Positions 1 through 9,093 of a DNA stretch of 64,000 nt are shown here, piece by piece (positions within the stretch are counted from its first letter, which is position 1; every line of letters begins with the position of its first letter). The position numbers and the translations under genes are program-made. Below the pieces are notes generated by a model. It saw only the letters and a list, made by a program, of their open reading frames with translations. It was not told the DNA's origin and searched no databases. The DNA is from Candidatus Latescibacterota bacterium (GTDB lineage Bacteria; Latescibacterota; UBA2968), in NCBI GenBank assembly GCA_038279365.1, contig JAYODI010000009.1:27928-91927 (forward strand). Direction: 5' to 3'.

Positions 1-183
1 CTTACAAACCCAACAGGCATTTCTGGATTCTCTCACCAAATACCACCCCTGAACCTCGTTTTATGCCACATCTTCAGTAAATCATACCCATATCCAATAT
101 AACACTTGCCGATAACCTGCTTTTTTACATATATTTTATCATATAAAACCGATATTCATATTGTTATATATTGGGAGCATCTT

Positions 184-1665
184 GTGTCGCAACATCATCG
201 TTTTGCACCTGCCCCGAAACTTGCTTATGCAAATACTGGGTTAGCGCCTTATGTGCCCTCACCAGAACAACCCTGGGATGCTTTTCATGTGGCACACCTG
301 TTGCGACGCACCCTGATTGGCCCCAAACCACAAGAGATAATTGAAGCCTTACAAAGCACCCCCGAAGCAGTCGTAGATCGTCTTATAGAAATTCCCTACC
401 TCTCTCTTTTTCCAACCCCACCGGCTACTTGGGTCAACGAAGACCCATTCGTGCGCCCCGATGCCGACCAACGCAAAATTGAACGCGAAAGAATAGATGA
501 AATCAGAACATGGTGGATGGAACTCATCGTCAACCAACAGTTTTCCCTTCGCGAACGCATGACCCTTTTTTGGCACAATCATTTTGCCACCCAGGCCAAA
601 GACGTCTTGCGCCCCCAATGGATGTTTATGCAAAACGCATTACTGCGACAACACGCTGTTGGCAATTTTAAAACCTTGGTTGAAGAAATCACACGCGACC
701 CCGCCATGATTTATTATCTCGACAGCAACACCAACAAAGTAGGTGCCCCCAATGAAAACTATGCCCGAGAGCTTATGGAATTGTTTACCATGGGCGTGGG
801 CAATTATACCGAAGACGATGTTGCCCACGCAGCACGAGCCCTCACCGGTTGGACAGTACAAGGACGCCAAGCCGTTTTTGTCAACAGCCGATACGACAAA
901 GGCACCAAACATTTTTTAGGGCGTGAAGGTGTTTTTGGCACACAAGACATTATCGATATCATCTTTGAACAAAGTGCCACAGCTGAATTCATCTGCACCA
1001 AGCTCTACCAAGAATTTGTCTATGAGTTTCCAGACCAAAACATCATTTCCCAAATGGCCCAAATTCTGCGCGACAACAATTACGAAATCAAACCCGTACT
1101 CAAAACCCTGCTCACAAGTGCGCATTTTTTTGATCCCGCCATTATTGGAGCCAAAATAAAAACACCCGTAGAACTTGTGGCCGGTACGGCACGAACCTTG
1201 GGCATGGAAGCAGGCCAAAACAAAGACATTCGTGGCGAATACCTCTATATGCTTGCCGATGTATTGGGGCAAAAATTGCTCGATCCACCCAATGTGGCAG
1301 GTTGGCCAGGGTATCGGGTATGGGTGAGCACAACCACCTTACCCGAGCGCCACAAAATGACCGATGAATTGGTAGACGGCATACCCCGCCGATTTAACCG
1401 GTTGTATTACGACCTCAAAAAACCCAACAGCGTCACCTTCATCAAAACCTTTCCTGACCCCTATGACCCCGTAAAATTAATTCGGGCAATGGGTGAATGT
1501 TTGACCGCATTTCGGGTCACTGCAGAACATGAAGAACTCTTTTTGGCCACGTTGCTTGAAGGTGCCGATGTCTACGATTGGAACCCCGATGACCCCAACG
1601 CACCCCGTCGTATCAGCAACTTTCTTAAACTAATCTTTGAACTGCCCGAATATCAACTGACATAA
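184..1665 (+). CDS. DUF1800 domain-containing protein
   Basis: Motifs ERMTLFWHNHF, DPAMIYYLD, PNENYARELMELFTMG and PPNVAGWPG; sits directly upstream of a DUF1501 gene, the usual pairing. GTG at 184 follows GGAG; the ORF track starts at 106. Confidence 0.9.
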   Translation: MSQHHRFAPAPKLAYANTGLAPYVPSPEQPWDAFHVAHLLRRTLIGPKPQEIIEALQSTPEAVVDRLIEIPYLSLFPTPPATWVNEDPFVRPDADQRKIERERIDEIRTWWMELIVNQQFSLRERMTLFWHNHFATQAKDVLRPQWMFMQNALLRQHAVGNFKTLVEEITRDPAMIYYLDSNTNKVGAPNENYARELMELFTMGVGNYTEDDVAHAARALTGWTVQGRQAVFVNSRYDKGTKHFLGREGVFGTQDIIDIIFEQSATAEFICTKLYQEFVYEFPDQNIISQMAQILRDNNYEIKPVLKTLLTSAHFFDPAIIGAKIKTPVELVAGTARTLGMEAGQNKDIRGEYLYMLADVLGQKLLDPPNVAGWPGYRVWVSTTTLPERHKMTDELVDGIPRRFNRLYYDLKKPNSVTFIKTFPDPYDPVKLIRAMGECLTAFRVTAEHEELFLATLLEGADVYDWNPDDPNAPRRISNFLKLIFELPEYQLT

Positions 1666-1670
1666 CATCA

Positions 1671-1724
1671 GTCTCAGCTCACAGGTCACAGACTTAAAAA
1701 ACTATGGAATTTTGACCTGTGACT
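1671..1724. repeat. Short 7-nt-period array with inverted counter-arm
   Basis: gtctcag ctcacag gtcacag; tcacaggtca (1679-1688) is the exact reverse complement of tgacctgtga (1713-1722). Confidence 0.55.
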
Positions 1725-1746
1725 TATTTTTTAAAAGATTAATCCT

Positions 1747-3165
1747 ATGAATCGACGCACATTCATCAAACGCGCCACGCAAAGTTCTGCTGGCTTTGCG
1801 CTCGGTGGTTTTTTGACCAGAGCCTATGGCACAGCCAACGCCGTGGGCCCGTTGGCGGCAACCGCAATGAGCCAAACAGATCGTGTCTTGGTGCTCATTC
1901 GCCTTGATGGCGGAAATGATGGATTAAACACCTTGGTCAACTTTGAAGACCGCGCCTATTATCAGGCACGCCCAACCGTCCATGTCACAAAAGAAAATGC
2001 CCTCAAACTTTCAGACACCCAAGGTTTGCACCCTCGCCTCACAGGATTGAAAGAACTTCACGACGAAGGCCGCTTGCTTGCCTTACAAGGTGTGGGATAT
2101 CCCAACCCCAACCGCTCTCACTTTCGGGCAACCGACATTTGGATGACGGCCTCAGACACCGATGAATATCTCACCAACGGTTGGTTGGGGCGTTACCTTG
2201 AAACACAAACACCTGGGTTTCCCGAAACGTTGCCCGAGCATCCGCTTGCCGTTGATATCGGCCCAGTTTTATCTTTATCACTCTTAGGGCAAAATGGAGC
2301 AATGGGCATTGCACTCAACAATCCCAAACAATTTGTCTACCTCGTTGAACAGGGCAATCAAATTATAGACGATGGCAAGATTCCTACCCCTGCAGGTTTT
2401 GAACTCGACTTTATTCGGCGTGTTAATTTTGAATCTTTGCAATATTCACAGCAAGTCAAAGAGGCGGCGGAGGCTGGTGCCAATAAAATCAGTTATCCAG
2501 ACGCCTCACTCAGCGATCAACTGGCACTGGTTGCTCGCCTCATCGCAGGGGGCTTAAAATCCAAAGTCTTTTTGGTCTCACAACGCGGTTATGACACCCA
2601 TGCCAACCAAATCAACCGGCACGATGCCCTCATGGCCGAACTCAATGATGCCGTAACCGCATTTACACAAGACCTCAACCAATTAGGTCTACAAGATCGT
2701 GTAATGGGCATGACCTTGTCAGAGTTTGGCCGCCGGGTCAAAGAAAATGGCAGCACTGGCACCGATCACGGTACAACAGCCCCCATGTTCTTTTTTGGCC
2801 CCCAACTCAACGCAGGCATATACGGAACAGCACCCAACTTTGAAAACCTTGACAGTCGCGGAGACTTCCTTCACGAATTTCATTTTCGCCAAGCCTATGC
2901 CTCTGTGCTTAATCAATGGTTTGGCATATCAGATGAAGCCCTCAAACTTGTCTTTCCCTCCAACCCAAGTACATTACCCCTCATTCGCGCAACACCTTCT
3001 TTAGACAAAGTAGATTTTACAGGCGATGGAAAATTAGACTTTGCAGACTTTATCGAATTTGCACAAGCCTATGGCAGCAACAATTCCAAATTTGACATAG
3101 ATGGGGATGGTACGGTTGGATTTACTGATTTCCTCACTTTTGCCGATGCATTCCGAAACCGATAA
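1747..3165 (+). CDS. DUF1501 domain protein with Tat-like signal and C-terminal double EF-hand/dockerin-like module
   Basis: MNRRTFIK twin-arginine motif; LDGGNDGLNT, PNRSHFRA, GYDTHANQ, SEFGRRVKENGSTGTDHG; C-terminal DFTGDGKLDFADF...FDIDGDGTVGFTDFLTFA. Confidence 0.9.
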   Translation: MNRRTFIKRATQSSAGFALGGFLTRAYGTANAVGPLAATAMSQTDRVLVLIRLDGGNDGLNTLVNFEDRAYYQARPTVHVTKENALKLSDTQGLHPRLTGLKELHDEGRLLALQGVGYPNPNRSHFRATDIWMTASDTDEYLTNGWLGRYLETQTPGFPETLPEHPLAVDIGPVLSLSLLGQNGAMGIALNNPKQFVYLVEQGNQIIDDGKIPTPAGFELDFIRRVNFESLQYSQQVKEAAEAGANKISYPDASLSDQLALVARLIAGGLKSKVFLVSQRGYDTHANQINRHDALMAELNDAVTAFTQDLNQLGLQDRVMGMTLSEFGRRVKENGSTGTDHGTTAPMFFFGPQLNAGIYGTAPNFENLDSRGDFLHEFHFRQAYASVLNQWFGISDEALKLVFPSNPSTLPLIRATPSLDKVDFTGDGKLDFADFIEFAQAYGSNNSKFDIDGDGTVGFTDFLTFADAFRNR

Positions 3166-3190
3166 TCACTTGGCTCAGTCTCACAAACAG

Positions 3191-3220
3191 AAGCCCCGAC
3201 AACAATTTGTCTGGGGTTTT
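3191..3220 (+). terminator. Probable intrinsic terminator
   Basis: Bulged hairpin aagccccgacaa/ttgtctggggtttt just after the DUF1501 stop. Confidence 0.55.
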
Positions 3221-3250
3221 GGGCACCCACCATTTTGAGCCGAGGTTCCT

Positions 3251-5446
3251 ATGAAACTACAAAAACAAGAAGTCGCCTTTTCCAACCGCTATTTGTACTA
3301 TTATGCAAGCCTCATCAAAAAAATATATGGCTTTGTGATACGCCGAGGCGAAGATCAACCCGACGAACGCTATGTAGGGCACATCGGTGAACACCCTCAG
3401 CGCAAAGATTTGCCATCTGAAGTGGTACAAAATCCCCTCAGCCCAGGGCGTGATGGTTTACCAGTGGTTGGAGAAATCATCCTCTTTCGTTTTCGCAAAC
3501 GCCTCCTATTTGGCTATTGCCGAGAATTGCTATCGCGCCAAGTATCCGAAATTTCTGTGCAAACAGAAGATGAACGCCACATCCGTTTTCACAAAACCAA
3601 CCTTATCTATCTCACGGGCATCACCATCAAGAACAGTGGCAAAGAATTGTATCAATATGCCCAAACCATTCGCACACTCAGCCAACAAATAAATCTCAAA
3701 ACCATTTGGGAACTTGCTTCCGAATCGAAAACCCCACTCACATTTGATGACATTTCCGATTTATACTGGACAGATGAAAACAGAGATCCGACGCGTTTTG
3801 TATCTCTGTATTTGCACCTCCACCAAAATTGCCCCTACTTCACACCCAACCAACACACCCATATACCCACGTCACAAGAAGAGACAGATCAACGCATTTT
3901 AGCCCAAAACAATCGCAAGCAACAAGCCGATGAGCGCGAAGAATTTATTCACTACCTTCAAGACGATCACGACACAGACACACAATCCCTTACCAAACGC
4001 CAACAAACCTGGTTTGAGTCCATTCGCCAATATGCTTTGTGGGGGCAAGAAGCCGAACGATCAAATGATGCTCGAAGCATTCTATCGGCAGTCAACCCGC
4101 AAACAAAAAACTACAAACGCTTGGCCTTTGATTGCTTGGTCACCAAAAAAATTTGGCAACCAAATGAAAATCTGGACTTACACCGTTCAGAAATTCCAAC
4201 CACATTTTCAACATCCGAATGTGAAGATGCAAAAGTGCGCTTTTCAAATTACGATCTCAAAGATCGTAAACATTTCCAACGCGGTTTGTTTGTGATCCAA
4301 GACGCAGACCTACCACACATTGCGCTGTCTTATCGCAAACCTCTTTTTACGGGCCCTGAGTTTTGCCTGCATATTCCAGACCTCAGTACCGTCATAACGC
4401 CCCATTCACCTTGTGACATCGCTGCTGCCGAACGTTTACAAACCTTATCATTACCCGATCAAACATTGGCCCTGCTGCCTCAAAGTTTATCCTTTTCAAC
4501 AAACCATGCCATTCCAACCTTAAGCCTCATTTGGCGAATGGATCGCAAAGGGCGTCTCAAATCATTCAAACTCATACCCTCTGCATCAACCGTTCAAGCA
4601 AAACTCACAGCCGATGAAATCACCCGCGCCCATCACAACCCTGCTCACCTCTATCATCGTGCCATCACATTTTTCAACCACCTTGCCCATCGTTTGCAAG
4701 AACGACGCACACCACGCGATGGCGACTTTGATCTGCCCGACCTACGCCTCATTTACAAAAATGACACCCCCACCATTTCGCCCATATCCAACGACTTGGC
4801 CCATCACATACTCAACGAACTTCGCCTCCTTGCTGGTGTTGCAACAGGGCGATGGTGTTTAGAAAACCACCTCCCCGCCATATATGAAATGCGCGACGAA
4901 GTTGAAAACATCGAGGTGCACCAGCAGATAGACCACCCGATTGTTCGCCGACATGAAATACGACGCCTGATGCCCAAAATTAAAAAAACAGAATCTCCAG
5001 CATTTCATCACGGTTTCGGCATTGCTCTATATTGCCCCATAACCGATCCCAACAACCATTACGATCATCTGCTCATGCAACGTCAAATAAACCACCACCT
5101 TCAACATGGCGCTCACCTTTACAACGAAGAGCACCTTAATATTTTGAGGTTTCAAATTCAAGAAATGCATGCCATCAGCGAAGGCATCATTTATCGCAGG
5201 CAACGCGATTTGCTCTTGCAATTTTGGGCAAATCATATCGGAACAAATTTTGAGGCCACCGTCTTGCACATCAAACGGCACGGTGTCTTGGTCGAGTTCA
5301 AAAATGCACCATTCAAAACCATTGTCTACCCCAGTCATCCCGTACAAGTTGGCGATGAAATCACATTGCGTCTTACGGGTATAAACACCGACCAAGCACA
5401 AGCCCACTTCACAGTATTACAGCCCGAAACCTTATCACACCCCTAA
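3251..5446 (+). CDS. RNB (RNase II/R family) domain protein with degenerate active-site motifs
   Basis: Recognisable RNB scaffold (HIPDLS, AAERLQTLSLPDQ, ELRLLAG, HHGFGIALYCPITDP..HYDHL) and an S1-like C-terminus; start codon uncertain. Confidence 0.75.
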   Translation: MKLQKQEVAFSNRYLYYYASLIKKIYGFVIRRGEDQPDERYVGHIGEHPQRKDLPSEVVQNPLSPGRDGLPVVGEIILFRFRKRLLFGYCRELLSRQVSEISVQTEDERHIRFHKTNLIYLTGITIKNSGKELYQYAQTIRTLSQQINLKTIWELASESKTPLTFDDISDLYWTDENRDPTRFVSLYLHLHQNCPYFTPNQHTHIPTSQEETDQRILAQNNRKQQADEREEFIHYLQDDHDTDTQSLTKRQQTWFESIRQYALWGQEAERSNDARSILSAVNPQTKNYKRLAFDCLVTKKIWQPNENLDLHRSEIPTTFSTSECEDAKVRFSNYDLKDRKHFQRGLFVIQDADLPHIALSYRKPLFTGPEFCLHIPDLSTVITPHSPCDIAAAERLQTLSLPDQTLALLPQSLSFSTNHAIPTLSLIWRMDRKGRLKSFKLIPSASTVQAKLTADEITRAHHNPAHLYHRAITFFNHLAHRLQERRTPRDGDFDLPDLRLIYKNDTPTISPISNDLAHHILNELRLLAGVATGRWCLENHLPAIYEMRDEVENIEVHQQIDHPIVRRHEIRRLMPKIKKTESPAFHHGFGIALYCPITDPNNHYDHLLMQRQINHHLQHGAHLYNEEHLNILRFQIQEMHAISEGIIYRRQRDLLLQFWANHIGTNFEATVLHIKRHGVLVEFKNAPFKTIVYPSHPVQVGDEITLRLTGINTDQAQAHFTVLQPETLSHP

Positions 5447-5467
5447 GAAAACATCATGCAAAACCAT

Positions 5468-5505
5468 AAAAAAACCGCCTTATGTTTGTGCATAAGGCGG
5501 TTTTT
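5468..5505. terminator. Bidirectional intrinsic terminator
   Basis: Perfect hairpin aaaaaccgccttatg/cataaggcggttttt between convergent genes. Confidence 0.9.
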
Positions 5506-5526
5506 GCATCTCGTTTTAGACCCATA

Positions 5527-6129
5527 TTATCGGCCTTCCCAGCGTGTAAATAAGTCTTGATCAACACCCAGCAAATCTAAAATACGCCCAGCAATAAAAT
5601 CGGCCAAATCATCAAATGTTTTGGGTTGCTGATAAAATGCAGGCATCGCTGGCACCATCGTCGCACCCGCCTCCGTTGCAGTCACCATATTGCGCAAATG
5701 AATCAAACTCATGGGTGTTTCTCGCGGTACCAAGATCAACGGACGCCTTTCCTTTAAGGCCACGTCGGCCGCACGTTCAATCAAATTCCGCGAAGAACCG
5801 TGTGCAATGCCTGACAACGTCTTCATTGAACAAGGCACCACCACCATCCCATCCGACTTGGCCGATCCACTTGCCACAGATGCCGCCAAATTACCTGCCT
5901 GATGCAACACCAATGAACCCGTATCCACCCCCCTGCCAAATTGCGCGCGCAAAAAATCACCCAATGTATTCTGCTTGCCATCAAAACCACATTCATCGCG
6001 CAACAACATCCATCCAAACTCAGACACAATCACATCTACCGTTACCCCACAAAGCAACAATGCGCGTAATGTACGAACCGCATAAATGGCCCCGCTTGCT
6101 CCTGTAATGGCTACCGTAATGCGTTTCAT
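5527..6129 (-). CDS. ubiX: UbiX-family flavin prenyltransferase
   Basis: AITGASGA, ASGS, PCSMKTL, RAADVALKERRPL, PRETP, PAMPAFY. Confidence 0.95.
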   Translation of the reverse strand: MKRITVAITGASGAIYAVRTLRALLLCGVTVDVIVSEFGWMLLRDECGFDGKQNTLGDFLRAQFGRGVDTGSLVLHQAGNLAASVASGSAKSDGMVVVPCSMKTLSGIAHGSSRNLIERAADVALKERRPLILVPRETPMSLIHLRNMVTATEAGATMVPAMPAFYQQPKTFDDLADFIAGRILDLLGVDQDLFTRWEGR

Positions 6130-6146
6130 AAAAAAACCTTTAAAAA

Positions 6147-6230
6147 GCGAATTTGCGAATTTGCGAAACTACGAATCAAAACCCATTCGTCCATTCGTCC
6201 ATTCGTCCATTCGTCCATTCGTCTATTCGT
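6147..6230. repeat. Bipartite inverted 8-nt tandem repeat element
   Basis: gcgaattt x2, gcgaaact, acgaatca, then ccattcgt x5 plus ctattcgt; CGAAT and ATTCG cores are complementary. Confidence 0.9.
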
Positions 6231-6234
6231 TCTT

Positions 6235-7089
6235 TCACACCAACAAATCACCAATCGTCCCAACAAAATACACCACACTTACCACGCCATTCATGGTCAA
6301 TGACGCCATACCTGCTTTTGACAAATCTTGGTTTCTGACCAATACATGTTCATAAATTAACAACCCACCCACTGCAAACACGCCCATAAAATAGATCACA
6401 CCCAAACCAAAAACGTGCCCCACACCAAGCATCAAAACAAATGCGACCAGGTGAAAAAAACGAGCAATCATCAATGCCTTGCCCACACCAAATCGCTGAG
6501 GAATAGAATACATCCCAAACTGCTTGTCAAACTCGGCATCTTGGCAGGAATAAATCACATCAAACCCCGCCACCCACATCAACACCGCCCCTCCCAACAA
6601 CAAAATCTCAACATCCAATTGCCCTGTCACCGCAACCCAGGCCCCAATTGGGGCCAATGACAATGCCACCCCCAAAAACAATTGCGTGGCCCATGTAAAT
6701 CGCTTGCTATAGGAATACAAAAACACAATGCCCAAAGCCACAGGTGAAAGCAATAAGCACAACGGGTTGAGCATATACGCCGCCAATATCAAAGCCACAG
6801 ACGAAAGAACAATCAGCACCTTTACCGCAAATGGCGAAATCACACCCTTGGGCAATTCGCGGTTGGCCGTGCGCGGGTTGGCAGCATCCATATCGCGGTC
6901 TATTAACCGATTAAACCCCATGGCCGCACTTCTCGCCCCCACCATAGCCACCACAATCCAAAACACCTGAATGGGCATAATACCACTTTGCACGGCCGCC
7001 AAAGCCGCACCCGAAAAGGCAAACGGCAAAGCAAAAATGCTGTGTCCAAATTTAATCATACGCCCATAGGTTATCACGCGATCAAGCAC
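6235..7089 (-). CDS. UbiA-like polyprenyltransferase (MqnP-like)
   Basis: IKFGHSIFALPFA, ARSAAMGFNRLIDRDMDAANPRTANRELP, YSYSKRFT, GFDVIYSCQD; multi-pass membrane protein; adjacent to ubiX. Confidence 0.9.
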   Translation of the reverse strand: MLDRVITYGRMIKFGHSIFALPFAFSGAALAAVQSGIMPIQVFWIVVAMVGARSAAMGFNRLIDRDMDAANPRTANRELPKGVISPFAVKVLIVLSSVALILAAYMLNPLCLLLSPVALGIVFLYSYSKRFTWATQLFLGVALSLAPIGAWVAVTGQLDVEILLLGGAVLMWVAGFDVIYSCQDAEFDKQFGMYSIPQRFGVGKALMIARFFHLVAFVLMLGVGHVFGLGVIYFMGVFAVGGLLIYEHVLVRNQDLSKAGMASLTMNGVVSVVYFVGTIGDLLV

Positions 7090-7091
7090 TG

Positions 7092-8096
7092 TTATGCCTC
7101 CATAAAATCTGCAACATTCATCAATTCACCGTGTTTTCGAGAAGACTCCCAACCCGCCAATATGGGCCCCAAAGAAAACAACCCATCGTGATAATCATTC
7201 AAAATGCCCGATCCATCACCAGTCTTGACCGCCTCAATAAACACACGGGTCTGCTCAAACCATGGGTCAAAATTTTCTCCGCTAAACACCACATCACCAT
7301 TCATCACAATGCGATCATACTCATACGTTTCTAAATAGCCACCCTCAAAATAAAAAGTGAACCACGGTCTATGGTTGCCATTTGTCGCATCGGCAGTAAT
7401 AAATGTCATTGCTGTGGTTGCCCCATTGTCCATTTCAAAATTAAACGAACAAGAACGGGCATACCCATCGGCCATATCGTAAAACGCCTGTGCACGCACG
7501 GCATTTAAGCCCGTCATAAACCGCGTATAATCCATTGCGTGCACACCCCAATCAAATGCCATGCCTCCGTGTTTTTCAAAATCTTGTTGCCACCCACCCG
7601 GCGCACTCGAACGACGCCCCCAATCTCCTGTTGCCCGATGAAAATGCGTGTGCACAATATCCTTGTCGGCCAACAAACGTTTGGCCTCTTGAAACAACGG
7701 GCGGTAACGCTCGCGAAAGCCCACAGTGTTCAGCACGCCGGCATTTTTGACTGCTTCATCAATGGCTCTAACCACCGACATTTTTGTAGATTGCGGTTTT
7801 TCACTAAACAAATGGATGCCCTTTTCAACGGCGGCAATTTCAACATCGGTTCTCACAAAAGCAGGCACCACCGAATACAACACATCCAAATCGCCTTTGT
7901 CCAACATCTCATAAGCATCTGTATATCTTTGGGCAATACCAAATGCCTGGGCTGTTTCCGTCAGTGCCTTTTCATTTACATCACATACAGCCACAACATC
8001 CACATCCACCAACTTTTGCAAGTTGGGAATATGGGTTCGATTTGCAAACTTACCCGTGCCATAAACCCCTACACGCACTTTTCCATCAACGGCCAT
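7092..8096 (-). CDS. Gfo/Idh/MocA family oxidoreductase
   Basis: N-terminal Rossmann VGVYGTG, HLFSEKP, DWGVHAMD. Confidence 0.88.
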   Translation of the reverse strand: MAVDGKVRVGVYGTGKFANRTHIPNLQKLVDVDVVAVCDVNEKALTETAQAFGIAQRYTDAYEMLDKGDLDVLYSVVPAFVRTDVEIAAVEKGIHLFSEKPQSTKMSVVRAIDEAVKNAGVLNTVGFRERYRPLFQEAKRLLADKDIVHTHFHRATGDWGRRSSAPGGWQQDFEKHGGMAFDWGVHAMDYTRFMTGLNAVRAQAFYDMADGYARSCSFNFEMDNGATTAMTFITADATNGNHRPWFTFYFEGGYLETYEYDRIVMNGDVVFSGENFDPWFEQTRVFIEAVKTGDGSGILNDYHDGLFSLGPILAGWESSRKHGELMNVADFMEA

Positions 8097-8105
8097 CAGT
8101 CCTCC

Positions 8106-9023
8106 CTATCCTGTTTCGGGCATAAACGTGGGCATGACCACGCCATTAAATGCTTGAAATTGTCCTCTAATCTGCGCAAAGTGAACCTCACAATTGCGTG
8201 CACCCCACGCATATAAACCTTGCACAGCAGGTGAATCTACGGGCACCAAAAACACAGGCGAACATCCTTTATTGGCATTCAGTTCCGACAAAATCAAAGG
8301 CAACACCTGCGCCTCAGACCGCATCACACCAGGGCCCAACATATTGCTACCTGGGTGTTTCACCGAAACAAGCACCCCATCTATTTGCCCATTCACCCCT
8401 TCATAAACCGACGTGTGCCAAATGCCCGCTTCATTTTGAATAAAGTAATCAAAGTCTTTGGTTCTGTCGATCCCGCTTACAGACATTTCCAAATCGACAA
8501 TGGCCGGCACATCCTCCAACTGCGCATCACGCACCTGTTCTTTCCCTGCCACATCAAAATCCAACCCACATTCGGGTACCGCAATCATCATATCTTGAAA
8601 CGCTTGACGTGGCACAAAACCAGCCTTGGTATAAAGTGAAAATGAATCCAAATTCATGGCACTCGATACCAAACGAACAGGCTTCTTTTTTGCATCTGCA
8701 AAATCGGTAATAAACGTTAACAACGCCCGTGCCACCCCCTTGCCAAAATAATTGGGATGCACATTCATAATGCCCAAAGAAACGTGTGTCGCCCGTGGAT
8801 GATAAAAACACGACCCCATCAACATACCCGTTGTTTCGTCTTCGGCCAAAAGACAACACCCAGGATCTAAAGCCTCATACACCTCACAAAACAACCGCAC
8901 CGAATCGGGCCCATTGGAAAAAATGGGAAAACCACGATTCACCTGATACCAATAATTTGTAGACACACAAATCAAATCGGCCACCGCAGACCAATCGGCA
9001 GAAGCCATCTGTCTGAGTTTCAT
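8106..9023 (-). CDS. GNAT family N-acetyltransferase
   Basis: Acetyl-CoA motif VHPNYFGKGVARALL and SLYTKAGF. Confidence 0.8.
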   Translation of the reverse strand: MKLRQMASADWSAVADLICVSTNYWYQVNRGFPIFSNGPDSVRLFCEVYEALDPGCCLLAEDETTGMLMGSCFYHPRATHVSLGIMNVHPNYFGKGVARALLTFITDFADAKKKPVRLVSSAMNLDSFSLYTKAGFVPRQAFQDMMIAVPECGLDFDVAGKEQVRDAQLEDVPAIVDLEMSVSGIDRTKDFDYFIQNEAGIWHTSVYEGVNGQIDGVLVSVKHPGSNMLGPGVMRSEAQVLPLILSELNANKGCSPVFLVPVDSPAVQGLYAWGARNCEVHFAQIRGQFQAFNGVVMPTFMPETG

Positions 9024-9093
9024 AGGAATCCCCTTAAGGAAAAAGGATCATAACGCACAAATGTATCAAAAACTTTCCCCTTTTACAACCCTC

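Noticed and set aside
6086-6355. ORFs with repetitive IRPFVHSS peptides (and similar ORF 34381-34623)
   Set aside because: Translation by-products of the DNA repeats, overlapping real genes.
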